Notes: generated from the sequence alone by a model not told the origin. A stretch of DNA of 34,726 bases from Sulfuriferula multivorans (GCA_010365175.1 JAAFGW010000001.1:1-34726), one strand, 5' to 3'; numbered from the stretch's first letter, positions 18,237-29,076 are shown. Numbers and translations: made by a program.

Positions 18237-19292
18237 ATGCTTGAAAACCTTTCCGCCCTCATCGACACCGTGCAAAAGAATTGCACCATTGCCGATGCTC
18301 GACACGCGCGCGACATGACGATATGCACCTTTCTGCTGGAAATGCGTGAGTACTACCGCTGGGAAATGGAAATCCCATACGGCGCGCGCCTGCCCAAGGA
18401 TGAACTGGGCGATTGGTTGAATGCGCGCGAAAGTCTGTGGGATACCGTGGAAGAGGAAGAATTTGCACCCTTGCCATTCAGCGCAGCTGATATCGATCCG
18501 TTCGAAGCCAACGACGTCAACCGCGCGTTGCTTCCGCTCGGTCTGGTTTACAGCAGTGGGCTCGGGCGTTTTCGCAAACCCCACTTTGTTCTGGCCGAGC
18601 TTAGACGGTCAGAGATGCGTGAAGGTGTTCAGATTCTGGTGGCGGGCTGCGAATATGCGCGCGACCTGATTGCGCCGCCCGCAGCGATGCGTGATGGCGC
18701 CATTTTCCTGCGCATGGATGCAGTGCGGCGTCTGCTGTGGAACAAATACGAAGAATGGCAATGGCAGGAAAAGGACACCGCGCTGGGTCGCGCGTTTACG
18801 TACTACGGTTTTGAGCGCAATGTTGAACGTGGACTTGACCGTATGGAAGAAGCCGAAAGTGAGGTGATGATCCTGCACGAGATTGGTGAGGTCCGCGCAG
18901 AACGGCTGCTAGGCGAAGACTGGAACACGATGTTGGGACACCTCAGCTCCAAGCATGCTGAGCTATTGGCACGCGCGGTACGTGACCATCTGGCCGACTG
19001 CATGGTGACGTTGCCAACACTCCTCGAACGTGAAGCATTGGGTTCGTTGCACTTTTATCTGGCCAATTTATCTGGCTTGCGTCGTGCACTTTTTCCAGCT
19101 CTGCCACAAGCATATGAAGACTGGCTGACGCACCACGACACGACGAAGTTGGCCAAAGTGGTGTCGGCCGCAGAAGAACACTGGATGAATGCGGCCCAAC
19201 AGCTGATGACGACGTTTCACCGTGATGCAGCAAAGGGGGATGCAAACCTCACCCTACTTGCAGGTAGTGATTTAGCCAGCTTGAAACGCTAG
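18237..19292 (+). CDS. Sfum_1244-like conserved hypothetical protein
   Basis: VQKNCTIADARHA, LLEMREYYRWE, YSSGLGRFRKPHF, EYARDLIAPPA, ILHEIGE, RAVRDHLADC; SD AGGAG. Confidence 0.75.
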   Translation: MLENLSALIDTVQKNCTIADARHARDMTICTFLLEMREYYRWEMEIPYGARLPKDELGDWLNARESLWDTVEEEEFAPLPFSAADIDPFEANDVNRALLPLGLVYSSGLGRFRKPHFVLAELRRSEMREGVQILVAGCEYARDLIAPPAAMRDGAIFLRMDAVRRLLWNKYEEWQWQEKDTALGRAFTYYGFERNVERGLDRMEEAESEVMILHEIGEVRAERLLGEDWNTMLGHLSSKHAELLARAVRDHLADCMVTLPTLLEREALGSLHFYLANLSGLRRALFPALPQAYEDWLTHHDTTKLAKVVSAAEEHWMNAAQQLMTTFHRDAAKGDANLTLLAGSDLASLKR

Positions 19293-19531
19293 TGCCGTAC
19301 GTCATCAATACCGATACATAAAGCAGCGTCTTTTTTCGCAAGGCGGCGTTGTTCGTTGTTGCCTTAATCCAAGCCATGTCGCCGGGAGGCCGTGCTTGTA
19401 AAGCCGCTTAAGCGGCAACAACCACGCTCTCCTCGCGCCTCTTGTGCCCAAGCCGTCAGGCTGTCGGGTATGCCCTGCAAAAAAATCCATCCGTTTTATC
19501 TTGTCCCGCTATTGATGATTCGCGACACCAG
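19289..19531. mobile_element. MITE-like element, copy 1
   Basis: Bounded by CTAG (contains the upstream gene's stop) and CCAG; imperfect terminal IRs TGCCGTACGTCATCAATACCG / TGTCGCGAATCATCAATAGCG (reverse complement of right end); right end matches 34575-34626 inverted. Confidence 0.75.
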
Positions 19532-19534
19532 GCG

Positions 19535-19564
19535 AAAAAAAACGGGCGATTCTCCGCCCGTTTT
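19535..19564 (-). terminator. Intrinsic terminator of the pil-chp operon (bidirectional form)
   Basis: A8-CGGGCG-ATTCTC-CGCCCG-TTTT just downstream of the chpA stop. Confidence 0.82.
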
Positions 19565-19581
19565 CTCAACTACAGGTGCAA

Positions 19582-22500
19582 TCACGCTGGAACGGCTGCG
19601 CTCTGCTCGAGTTGACCTGCAATACTCTCAAGCAACTGCTGCTCCTGATACGGCTTGCCCAGATAGACGTTGACGCCGATTTCAATCGCGTGATTACGGT
19701 GTTTGTCCGCCGTACGCGAGGTGATCATGATGATCGGTACCGACTTCAGACGCGCGTCACTACGCATCACGCGCGCCAGCTCGAAGCCATCCATGCGTGG
19801 CATTTCGACGTCGAGCAGCACCACATCCGGAATCAGATCTTGCATTTTCTCCAGCGCGTCCACACCATCTTTCGCGCTGTCGACTCGGAAGCCTTCCCGC
19901 GTCAACAGACGGGTGGTGATTTTACGTACCGTGAGCGAGTCATCCACCACCAGTATCATCGGAGGCTGCAAGGCCTGGCTGACTTCAACCGCTTCAGCGG
20001 GCGCTTTGCGTTCCATGGCAGAACGCGGCAGGCTGGCCCAACGCAACGCCAAAGGCACCGGATTCATGATCAGAATCACCCGTCCATCACCACGAACGGT
20101 TGCGCCCACCACACCGGTAATGCGCGCCATCTGCGGACCAATATTCTTGACCACGATTTCGCGCGTGCCCTCGATCGAGTCGACCAGTACAGCAGCCTGG
20201 CTGGCACCGCTTTGCAGCAGGATTACCGGGTTGTAGCGCAGGACTTCATGCACCGCTTCAGTGTCGCCCAGCAAATGCGGCAAATACGAGAATGGATAGT
20301 CAGCACCCCGCCACGTCACTACGCCATTGATCATGGCTTGTTCCAGCTCAGCAGGCTTGAGTTCAAGCACCTGCTGCACCAAGGGTGTCGGCAGCGCGTA
20401 ATCATGCTTTGCCACTTGGATCATGACAGCCTGGGTCATTGCGAGTGTCAGCGGCAAATAGATGTTGAAAGTGGTTCCGGCACCCACAGTCGAAACGATA
20501 TCGATGCGCCCACCCAGAGCGGCGATTTCACTTTTAACCACATCCATGCCCACACCGCGACCGGCAACCTGACTCACGGTTTCGGCCGTAGTGAATCCTG
20601 CCGCGAAAATCAGCTGTGCCAGAAGTGATTCAGTAGGCTCGACACCGGGTAGCAATAATCCGGCGGCCTCGGCTTTTTCGCGGATGCGGGTGTAGTTGAG
20701 GCCTGCGCCATCATCTTTCACCGTCAACAACATTTCGTTACCCGACTGGCGCGCGACCAGCACGATTTCACCGAATTCGGTTTTACCTGCTGCGCGTCGA
20801 ACTTCGGGGGTCTCAACCCCGTGTGCCAGCGCGTTACGGAGCAAGTGCTCCAGCGGCGCGGTAACCTTTTCCAGAACCGAACGGTCAATTTCCAGTTCTC
20901 CGCCCTGAATATCGAGCTGCGCACGCTTGTTCACATCACGTGCAGTTTGCCGAACGGTGCGGTACAAACGATCGGAAACCGAGTTCAGCGGCACCATCCG
21001 CACACGCAAAAGGTTCTGTTGCAATTCTCGGTTAAGGCGTGATTGCTGGATCAGCGCTGCTTCCGTCTCACCCAGGCGTGCCAGCAGAATATGCTGCACC
21101 GTAGAGATATCATTCACGCTTTCGGCGAGGAAACGGGTGACTTCCTGGAAGCGAGTAAAACGGTCGAATTCCAGCGGGTCAAACTGTTCAGCCACGCCCG
21201 AGGTCTGAAAGGTTGCCTGCATCTGTGACTCAGCCTGGATTTCAACTTCACGAATATGGCCACGCAAGCGCACTAGCGCCTCGGACAATTCATTAACGTG
21301 ACGTTTGAAAGCAAACACTTCGCTTTCAATCCGCGAACGCGAAATCGCCACTTCGCCTGCCTGGTTAACCATGCGGTCAACCCAATCGGCACGCACTCGC
21401 AAGGTCAACGCTGCGTTGTCACGCGTCGCCACTTGTGACAGTGCTTCAGGCTGTGCTGCAATCGGAGTCCGCAGCAATTGCGCCTCTTCAAGCAGGGATA
21501 AAGTCGGCTCAATAGGCGACGCGACCGGGGTCGGCGTTGACACGTCATCTGCGAGTGGCGTGAAATCGCCCTGTTTCAGACGATCTACCGTATCGGCCAA
21601 ACGGTCGAGCTGCGCTTCGAGCGTATCGAACACTTCCGGACTTGCAGCCAGATGACCTTCGATTACAGCAATCACGCGCGATTCCATCACGTGGGTCAGC
21701 TCGCCCAATCGCATCGCGCCCACCATTCGGGCACTGCCTTTGATGGTGTGCAGGTTACGTTGTAGCGCATCGCGTGCAGGAATATCACCCGGTGCCATTT
21801 TCCAGGCACGCAGTTGCGCGCTGGTGTCGGGCACCAGTGTTTCAGCTTCTTCAATAAAGATAGGCAGCAACTGCTCGTCAATTTCATCCGCCACATCGCG
21901 TCGCTCAAATACTGGTGCGGGCGCAGACACTTTGATCGCGGACACAAGTGTGCTGACGTCAAACACGTCGCGCTCCGCTTCCACGTGGCTGTGCTCCGAC
22001 GACACGGATGGGCTGACTGACCCGGCAAGCGCAGATTCGTCGGTGTCATGAATAGCTTCAACTGTTGTCACTTCCGGCTCGAACACTTCTACAACCGGTT
22101 CCGCTACCGGAGTGATTTGTTCGTCTTCCAGTTCGCCCAGGGTTGCGATCAAATCACTCGCTGATTCGGGCAGTTGGCCCGACTCAATGGTCGTAATCAT
22201 TTCATGCAGACGAGCGATGGTGTCATCAACCAGCGGCAAGTGCGCAACAGGCATTGGAGCATGCACAAACCGATTCCAATACTGCTCAAAGGCATGAGAC
22301 AAATCAGCCAGATTCGTAATGCCGGCTGTTCCCGCAATGCCGCCCAGCGTGTGGATGGCCCTGCGCGCGTGTTCACTGACCGTACTGTTGGCTGCTTCAG
22401 CGTGACGCTCGGATTCTTCCTGTAAAACATCCAGTCGCTGATGCGCCTCGACCATGAAAATCTCATACAGGTTGCTGGACAAACACACCGACCCAATGCA

Positions 22501-25500
22501 CACCTCTTCGGGCGAATCTGGCACCTCAGGTGCTTCGGGCGCTATTGCATATTCGACCAGTGCGCCGACATCCAGTTCGAGATCCACGTCCACGATGTCT
22601 GCTATGTCTGCGGTTTCAAATTCGGACAGAGCTTCAACTGTAGGTTCGACAAGGCTGATTTCAGTATCCAGCTCTTCGTCTGACTCAAATTCAGAAAGCT
22701 TGCTTTCCTGGCTGTGAGAAAACTCGCCTACTGAATCCAGCTCGGGGGTGACTGCGGGCACCGGCTCAGATTCGGTTTCAAAATCGAGTTCCACGCTGGA
22801 TGCGTTATCTAATATTGCAAGCTCAGAAACATGCTCGTCTATCAGGCTAGTGGTGGTTTGAGTTGATACCTGCTCGGGCACGCAATCGAGTGGTAACCCC
22901 TGATCAACGCGTTCAACGGAAGCAAGTAACGCAGAAACGGGCAATGCCACAGACTGGTCCGCCTGGAGCGCATCGACCCAATCCTGAAATAGGTCACGCG
23001 CACGACCAACAACATCTATCAGGTCATTATTGGCGGGCCTTTGTTCACTCAACCAACTGTTCATCAGTTGTTCAAGGCGCCAAGCCACATCACCCAGCTC
23101 GATCAAACCGACCATGCGGCCGCTACCCTTCAAGGTATGAAATCCGCGGCGAATGATAGTCAACGATTCTGGGTCATCAGGATTGCTCTGACAGAGCACG
23201 TTGGCATCGCCGATGGCGGCCAACACTTCGTTGGCCTCTTCCAGAAAAATCTCCAGAAGCTCCAGCTCAACGCCCTCTGGAATTGTTGTTTGCATCCACT
23301 CCGAATCGGGGAGTGAGGTGACTGCTTCATCCGTTGAAACGGGTTGCGTTGTCGCCGAAATAACTTCCGCTTGACCCATCTCAAACGGACTTATTTGCAG
23401 GTCATCAACATCTGCCTCGGCTGTAGCCGCTTCATTGTCCAGGTCGGGCTTAATGAGCTCGATAGGCTCCGGCGTCTCCTCAACCAGCTCTGTCGACTCC
23501 GTGGCTGTTGTTTCCGGCTCCGCCTGGACTTCAGCTTCTGCCCGTTCCGGGACGACCAGACCGGTCAGCGCCATGACCGCAGTATCCAATTCACAGGTAG
23601 ATTCCGCGGCATCACGACTGGCATCCAGTACAGCGCGCGTTTTCTGCTTCAGCGTAATGTCATCGATCAGCTCAGCATCACGGCTGAGCTCGGTCAGTGA
23701 ATCAATATATTTTTTTTTTGTACCTTCGTCCGGCTGCTCGCGCCAATCAAGGTAGGCCGCCTGCACTCCGTCCTTACGGGCGGGCAAACCCGACTCTATC
23801 GTCTCGCCCAAAGCATTGCCGTCAGTGCTGTCTGCATCGATGACGCCAAAATCAATCAAAACCGGTCGCAGGATCCGGGCGGCATCTGCACGCCCTGCAC
23901 AGTAGGACTCAATAAACAAACCCAGGCTGGAAAAGGCGTCAGCCAGCTTCTGCTGAGTCGCCTCGTCCGGCTCACCTTCTTTGGCAAACGGATGCGCCAC
24001 ATGGGTAGCGGCAGCCAGCAAACTGGCTGCATCGGGCAACTCAAGCATGGTGAGTGCGCCTTGCGCCTGCTGCGATAAGACAGGAAGCTTAGCCAGTGCG
24101 TCGCGGTCATCGAAGTCACGGAAAAAGGCATCCAGCGCTTCCTCCATCTGTCGTAGATTCTGACCTACTTCCTGAGCCATTTGCACCAGCATATCGCGCT
24201 CGGATTCACGCTGGCCAGCCTCGCTTTCGACACTGACCGGCATCTCGCGGCCTTCGATCAGTGCACGTAAACGAGCCTGTTGCCCTTCCGCACGAGCGGA
24301 AAAGTCCGCGTGAAGTATATCTTCCTGATTGACGGCGTTTTGCATGAACAAGAGCGTGGAAGCCACTTCCAGATTCATTTGTTCACGTGCTTCGCCCTCG
24401 CGTCCATCTGAAGCAACTGCAGCTGCACCCAGTTCATCCAACAGGGCTGACAAGCCACTGCCTTCCAGGCTCTTGGCCTGTGGCTGCATACGCACCAACT
24501 GAGTATTAAATTGCTCCAACTGTCCAGCATGGCCTTCCACAAATCCGTGCCAATTATCACGCGCAGCTTTCAAGCCCGCTTGCAGGGCGTCCAGTACTGG
24601 ACGCATGCGCGCCAAGGCTTCCGGGTCGAGCATGCCCCGGCCAGGCAGATAGCGATCAAGACCAAATCTGGAACGGATTTCCGCGGCACGTCCATCCAGC
24701 GCTTCGCTTTTTGCAATAAAGAACAAGGCATCGCGCATCAAACGCTCAGCAACCTGAGGTGAACCTTCCATCAAGCGACGCATTTGCAAATCCACACGCG
24801 CCAGCAACTGCTTCACATAAAAATCTGCTTCCACACCATGTGCTATCAAACTATCGACAAACCCGACGCATGCCCACCAAAAGGTTTGCGAAGCTTGCGA
24901 AGGCGCGATGCTTTCGATGGTGGCCAACGAATTTCGCATACGCTGGAGACCCTGCTCAGCTTCTACATTTCGTAGAAAAGCCAGCAGGCCGCGTTGAAAT
25001 TGTGCACGCGCAGTTTTGACTGCAGCCGCCAACGCCTCCTGTGACATGCCATCGTTAGCTGCCTTGGTCTGCACACCTGACCGTAAATCCGGAAAAAACA
25101 GTTCACCTTCGAACACCCGTTCGACGCCCTGCAATTCACGCAGCCGTTTGTAGAGAGGGAAGAGTGCAAGTTCACCGCTTCCGCGTCCATCTGCCAAATC
25201 TTTTACCCAGCGCTGCAATCCTTCCATGGCATTGCGTAACGCGCGCAACAGATCGTCGCTGGCATTCAAACGGTTTTCATTAATATCAAGCAGACAGGAC
25301 TCCAGCGCACCTGCCAGCGTGGCGGCCCCTTCAAGTCCGACCATACGCAATGCGCCCGTCACCTGGTGGGCATCGTCACCCGCCAGTCGCAGTGCATTGG
25401 TCAGGTCGGCATCAACACTGTAGGCCTGCAAACGTCCTAAGGCGGCTTGCAGGGCGGCGTCGATGTCACCGCGCACCCAGTTCAACGGGCCGGTATCGTA

Positions 25501-25518
25501 ATCGAGGTTGGCGCTCAT
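19582..25518 (-). CDS. chpA: Type IV pilus chemosensory hybrid kinase ChpA/PilL (multi-Hpt, HATPase, CheW, REC)
   Basis: 1978 aa; DTGPLNWVRGDI start; Hpt motifs FHTLKGSGRMVG, IHTLGGIAG, LHTIKGSARMVG; HLLRNALAHG, DDGAG, GRGVGMDVV; REC DVEMPRMDG. Confidence 0.95.
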   Translation of the reverse strand: MSANLDYDTGPLNWVRGDIDAALQAALGRLQAYSVDADLTNALRLAGDDAHQVTGALRMVGLEGAATLAGALESCLLDINENRLNASDDLLRALRNAMEGLQRWVKDLADGRGSGELALFPLYKRLRELQGVERVFEGELFFPDLRSGVQTKAANDGMSQEALAAAVKTARAQFQRGLLAFLRNVEAEQGLQRMRNSLATIESIAPSQASQTFWWACVGFVDSLIAHGVEADFYVKQLLARVDLQMRRLMEGSPQVAERLMRDALFFIAKSEALDGRAAEIRSRFGLDRYLPGRGMLDPEALARMRPVLDALQAGLKAARDNWHGFVEGHAGQLEQFNTQLVRMQPQAKSLEGSGLSALLDELGAAAVASDGREGEAREQMNLEVASTLLFMQNAVNQEDILHADFSARAEGQQARLRALIEGREMPVSVESEAGQRESERDMLVQMAQEVGQNLRQMEEALDAFFRDFDDRDALAKLPVLSQQAQGALTMLELPDAASLLAAATHVAHPFAKEGEPDEATQQKLADAFSSLGLFIESYCAGRADAARILRPVLIDFGVIDADSTDGNALGETIESGLPARKDGVQAAYLDWREQPDEGTKKKYIDSLTELSRDAELIDDITLKQKTRAVLDASRDAAESTCELDTAVMALTGLVVPERAEAEVQAEPETTATESTELVEETPEPIELIKPDLDNEAATAEADVDDLQISPFEMGQAEVISATTQPVSTDEAVTSLPDSEWMQTTIPEGVELELLEIFLEEANEVLAAIGDANVLCQSNPDDPESLTIIRRGFHTLKGSGRMVGLIELGDVAWRLEQLMNSWLSEQRPANNDLIDVVGRARDLFQDWVDALQADQSVALPVSALLASVERVDQGLPLDCVPEQVSTQTTTSLIDEHVSELAILDNASSVELDFETESEPVPAVTPELDSVGEFSHSQESKLSEFESDEELDTEISLVEPTVEALSEFETADIADIVDVDLELDVGALVEYAIAPEAPEVPDSPEEVCIGSVCLSSNLYEIFMVEAHQRLDVLQEESERHAEAANSTVSEHARRAIHTLGGIAGTAGITNLADLSHAFEQYWNRFVHAPMPVAHLPLVDDTIARLHEMITTIESGQLPESASDLIATLGELEDEQITPVAEPVVEVFEPEVTTVEAIHDTDESALAGSVSPSVSSEHSHVEAERDVFDVSTLVSAIKVSAPAPVFERRDVADEIDEQLLPIFIEEAETLVPDTSAQLRAWKMAPGDIPARDALQRNLHTIKGSARMVGAMRLGELTHVMESRVIAVIEGHLAASPEVFDTLEAQLDRLADTVDRLKQGDFTPLADDVSTPTPVASPIEPTLSLLEEAQLLRTPIAAQPEALSQVATRDNAALTLRVRADWVDRMVNQAGEVAISRSRIESEVFAFKRHVNELSEALVRLRGHIREVEIQAESQMQATFQTSGVAEQFDPLEFDRFTRFQEVTRFLAESVNDISTVQHILLARLGETEAALIQQSRLNRELQQNLLRVRMVPLNSVSDRLYRTVRQTARDVNKRAQLDIQGGELEIDRSVLEKVTAPLEHLLRNALAHGVETPEVRRAAGKTEFGEIVLVARQSGNEMLLTVKDDGAGLNYTRIREKAEAAGLLLPGVEPTESLLAQLIFAAGFTTAETVSQVAGRGVGMDVVKSEIAALGGRIDIVSTVGAGTTFNIYLPLTLAMTQAVMIQVAKHDYALPTPLVQQVLELKPAELEQAMINGVVTWRGADYPFSYLPHLLGDTEAVHEVLRYNPVILLQSGASQAAVLVDSIEGTREIVVKNIGPQMARITGVVGATVRGDGRVILIMNPVPLALRWASLPRSAMERKAPAEAVEVSQALQPPMILVVDDSLTVRKITTRLLTREGFRVDSAKDGVDALEKMQDLIPDVVLLDVEMPRMDGFELARVMRSDARLKSVPIIMITSRTADKHRNHAIEIGVNVYLGKPYQEQQLLESIAGQLEQSAAVPA

Positions 25519-25587
25519 GGTGTGTTATTCCTGAGGTTAATTGCGGTGGCCATGATCGGCTGCTCGTTCAAGTGATCGTAAGTCCGT

Positions 25588-27702
25588 TCAGGCAAGTTTG
25601 AAGCCTGAAACCGAGTTCTTGAGGTCTTGAGCCAGCTGTTTCATTCCCCCAATCGAATCAGCCGTTTGCTGCGTGCCACTGCTGGTCTGTGCGGAAATGG
25701 TTTTGATGTCCTGCATGGTTTCAGCCACCTTGGCAGTCGACTCGGCCTGACTTTGTGTGGCAGATGAAATATCCGCAATCAGTCCAGCCAGCGTCTTCGA
25801 CACGACACCAATTTCGGCCAGTGTTTGACCAGCCGTATCGGACAGTTTTGCACCTTCGACCACACCCTGGGTCGATACTTCCATAGCCGCAACTGTATCG
25901 TGGGTATCTGATTGAATCGTTTTCACAATGGCGGCAATCTGCTTGGTTGCATCGGCTGAACGTTCTGCCAGCCGCTGCACTTCTTCTGCCACCACCGAGA
26001 AGCCTCGTCCGGCTTCACCGGCGGATGCTGCCTGAATGGCGGCGTTTAGTGCGAGCACGTTGGTTTGCTCGGTAATGTCCGAAATCAGTTCTACGATCTC
26101 ACCAATCTCCTGTGACGATTCGCCCAGGCGCTTGATTCGTTTCGACGTTTCCTGAATCTGTTCACGCAAGCCGTTCATGCTTGAAATGGCGTTCGATACA
26201 GCCTGCTGACCTTTTTCGGCTGCAGCCAGTGATTGTTCTGCTACACGAGCTGACTCAGCGGCATTTCCCGATACCTGCTGCACGGACTGTGCAAGGTTCA
26301 CCACTGCTGCCGAGGTCTCTTCGATCTCCACAGACTGGCGACGCGAAGCCTGTTGCAGTGACTCGGAAACCTGGCCTGCAGCATCTGCCGCCTGGTCCAT
26401 CTGCTGCGTCGCACTATTAATGCCTCGCACCAGCGTCCGCAATTCTTCTACCGTGTAATTAATCGAGTCGGCCACCGCACCCGTAATGTCCTCGGTTACG
26501 CTGGCATTGATGGTGAGGTTACCCTCAGCCAGCTCACCCAGTTCGTCCATCAAGCGCAGAATCGCCTCTTGGTTCCGACTGTTTTCTTCTTCACTCTTAC
26601 GCGCACGGGATTTGGTTTCATTAATGTTGACCAAACCCAACAACACCAAAGAGGCTAGCGCCAACAGACCAAATGAGGCCGCCAGCAAGTAGCTGAGACC
26701 GCCGACGCCGCGGTAATCCTGTGACAGTTGCTCCGTATCCGACAACAATGCATCACTACCCACGAACAAGTTGTTCGCCGCGAGTTTTGATTGCAGCAGC
26801 GGCTGCGTGTTGGCCAGCACCGCGCCTACCGCTTCCACCATGTCGGCCATGTTTGAACCCAGATCTTCGAGGGTCAGCATGCTGTCGCTGTTTTTGATAG
26901 CCGAGCCACTCATCAGTGTCTGCACCGTTTCGCGGAATGAGGTGGTGTCTTTTTCCAGCTGCAGTACCACTTCTGGGTCAATCAAGTCGGCGGACAACAG
27001 CAAGTTGGCGTTTTTAGGCAAACGCTGGCTCAGCATCACCAGATGGTTGGCGCGCGATACTTCACGCACGGTGGCACCGGTGTCAGCCAGTTGGCTGGCC
27101 AGTTGCTCGGAGACCTCCTGCAAATCGGTACTCAGCGCATTAATACTCTTGACGCTTTTATTCAAGGCGACCAGATTTTTCTGCTGACTCAAGATCTGCA
27201 CAACTTGCGGATTGAACTTTTTCCACTTGTCGCTGATTTTCGCCAGCGTATCGCGCGCCGATCCACCCGAAGCGGGAACCTGGTCATCACCCTCGGTCAA
27301 GCCTGCCAAGGTCTTTTCGAAAACCAGCTTGCCTTCAGCCAGTTTCTTAAACGCTGTCGCGTTACCCAGAACGGATTGCTGTGCTGTTAGCGGAAGCCGC
27401 TGCGATAGCACTTTCAATTCGCCTGACTTGACCTCGTATTGGGTTCGGTTGTCGAGCTGGACCAGACTGTAAATGGTGAATCCGGCCGCCAGCAACAGCG
27501 AAACAATGAGCGTGCCGCCTGCGTAGAGGTATTGCTTTTCTACTGGCAGACCACCAATCAAAGGGGCTTGGCCGGTCTCTGTGTCGGCCAGCTTACGCAC
27601 GGTCTGCATAATCAGCGTCGTGTGCTCGCTTCCTTTTTTGCCGGTAACCTTTTCGGTCATGCGACCAGCCAGGCCCTTGAGTCCGTTCATTGTGATTGCC
27701 AT
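25588..27702 (-). CDS. pilJ: Methyl-accepting chemotaxis protein PilJ
   Basis: Two TM segments, MLSQRL PilJ-type periplasmic repeats, [27 protein letters not shown]. Start 27702 chosen from GGAG spacing (27708 and 27738 are alternatives). Confidence 0.93.
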   Translation of the reverse strand: MAITMNGLKGLAGRMTEKVTGKKGSEHTTLIMQTVRKLADTETGQAPLIGGLPVEKQYLYAGGTLIVSLLLAAGFTIYSLVQLDNRTQYEVKSGELKVLSQRLPLTAQQSVLGNATAFKKLAEGKLVFEKTLAGLTEGDDQVPASGGSARDTLAKISDKWKKFNPQVVQILSQQKNLVALNKSVKSINALSTDLQEVSEQLASQLADTGATVREVSRANHLVMLSQRLPKNANLLLSADLIDPEVVLQLEKDTTSFRETVQTLMSGSAIKNSDSMLTLEDLGSNMADMVEAVGAVLANTQPLLQSKLAANNLFVGSDALLSDTEQLSQDYRGVGGLSYLLAASFGLLALASLVLLGLVNINETKSRARKSEEENSRNQEAILRLMDELGELAEGNLTINASVTEDITGAVADSINYTVEELRTLVRGINSATQQMDQAADAAGQVSESLQQASRRQSVEIEETSAAVVNLAQSVQQVSGNAAESARVAEQSLAAAEKGQQAVSNAISSMNGLREQIQETSKRIKRLGESSQEIGEIVELISDITEQTNVLALNAAIQAASAGEAGRGFSVVAEEVQRLAERSADATKQIAAIVKTIQSDTHDTVAAMEVSTQGVVEGAKLSDTAGQTLAEIGVVSKTLAGLIADISSATQSQAESTAKVAETMQDIKTISAQTSSGTQQTADSIGGMKQLAQDLKNSVSGFKLA

Positions 27703-27761
27703 ATTCATCGCTCCAGTCCCTTCATTATTCAGCGCCAATGCGCTCCGTATTCAATGTTCAA

Positions 27762-28283
27762 TCAATTACCGAGCTGAGCCTCAACCTTGAGAAACTCCAC
27801 ATTGCCTAGCAATTGCCCAAAATCCATGTCACTCCAGTCTGTTCCCATATCGTCAGCGTATTGACGCGCAATCCATGGGTGGGCAGCGTGAGCGGAGCGC
27901 TCTTCAAAATGATTGATATTTTTCAGTCCCAACGTACCGCGCACCAGTAAAGCCGCGTTCACGCCAAAGTCGTGGTGTGGAATCAGAAGCCGGCAATCAA
28001 CATGATCTTTGGTCACACCCTGCCCCATGAAGTCCGCAAAATCACTCACTGCGAACAAGTTGCCGCGGATGTTGACCACCCCACGAAACCACCGCCGAGC
28101 GCCCGGCATCTGGACAATTGGTGGGACGGGAATCACTTCTTCAGTATCAGCGAGGCTTACCAGCCAATTCACATCCCCCACTCGAAAACCCAGGCGGGAT
28201 CCGGTATTGTCGCGACTCGCCGCCGCCTGCAGTTTCTGCGAAAGCGTGGTTTGAAATTCGCGCAGATTGAATTTCTTGGACAT
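27762..28283 (-). CDS. pilI: CheW-like adaptor PilI
   Basis: LREFQ, WFRGVVNIRGNLFAVSDF; between pilH and pilJ. Confidence 0.9.
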   Translation of the reverse strand: MSKKFNLREFQTTLSQKLQAAASRDNTGSRLGFRVGDVNWLVSLADTEEVIPVPPIVQMPGARRWFRGVVNIRGNLFAVSDFADFMGQGVTKDHVDCRLLIPHHDFGVNAALLVRGTLGLKNINHFEERSAHAAHPWIARQYADDMGTDWSDMDFGQLLGNVEFLKVEAQLGN

Positions 28284-28293
28284 AGGTGCCCGC

Positions 28294-28659
28294 TCAGCCT
28301 AGCGCCTTGATTTGCGACAGCAGGTCTTCCGGTTTTACCGGCTTGACCAAATAAGCTTTAGCCCCCTGACGCATCCCCCATACCTTGTCAGTTTCCTGGC
28401 CTTTGGTGGTGCACATAATGACGGGAATATGCTTGGTCGCCTCTTCCTTGGTTATCATTCGGGTTGCCTGATAGCCGTTCATTCCAGGCATCACGACGTC
28501 CATCACGATCAAATCGGGCAGCGTTTGCTTGGCCTGAGCGACAGCCTCCTCACCGCTCTCAGCCATGCTGACCAGATAACCATTCTTAACCAGCAGCTCA
28601 GACAGGAAAAAGCGCTCGGTGGGGGAATCATCTACTACCAGAATGCGGCTGATCGCCAT
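28294..28659 (-). CDS. pilH: Single-domain response regulator PilH
   Basis: ILVVDDSPTE, MDVVMPGMNGYQATR, TTKGQETDKVWGMRQGA. Confidence 0.95.
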   Translation of the reverse strand: MAISRILVVDDSPTERFFLSELLVKNGYLVSMAESGEEAVAQAKQTLPDLIVMDVVMPGMNGYQATRMITKEEATKHIPVIMCTTKGQETDKVWGMRQGAKAYLVKPVKPEDLLSQIKALG

Positions 28660-28662
28660 AAT

Positions 28663-29076
28663 TTATACTCCTTGAGAAACGGGTGATGCTGCTGAACAGG
28701 CGTGCTCTCGCACTGCCGTCAGTAGCGTGTCTTTGGTAAAAGGCTTGGTCAAATACTCGTCCGATCCAACCATGCGACCGCGTGCGCGATCAAACAGGCC
28801 ATCCTTTGAGGACAGCATGATTACGGGCGTAGTCCGGTATTTGGCGTTGCGCTTGATCAGCGAGCAGGTCTGGTAGCCATCGAGCCGCGGCATCATGATG
28901 TCGACAAACACCACATCCGGATCATGGTCAGTAATTTTGGACAGCGCATCAAAACCATCCTGCGCCAGAATGACTTCACAGCCGGCCTGGTTCAGAAAAA
29001 TCTCTGCACTACGGCGAATGGTGTTGCTATCATCGATAACCATCACCTTGACACCTTTCAGTACTTCGTTATCCAC
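28663..29076 (-). CDS. pilG: Single-domain response regulator PilG
   Basis: KVMVIDDSNTIRRSAE, DIMMPRLDGYQTC, SSKDGLFDRARGR. GTG 29076 has GGAG 6 nt upstream; ORF track start is 29118. Confidence 0.95.
   Translation of the reverse strand: MDNEVLKGVKVMVIDDSNTIRRSAEIFLNQAGCEVILAQDGFDALSKITDHDPDVVFVDIMMPRLDGYQTCSLIKRNAKYRTTPVIMLSSKDGLFDRARGRMVGSDEYLTKPFTKDTLLTAVREHACSAASPVSQGV

Noticed and set aside
19387-19431. CRISPR repeat or integron attC site
   Set aside because: Only two copies 15 kb apart, no spacers or cas genes, no RYYYAAC/GTTRRRY ends and no integrase.
19576-20628. 350-aa plus-strand ORF
   Set aside because: Antisense to the conserved CheW/REC region of chpA.
19582-29076. pil-chp operon without pilK/chpB and with acidic ChpA linkers
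   Set aside because: Usual arrangement in betaproteobacteria.
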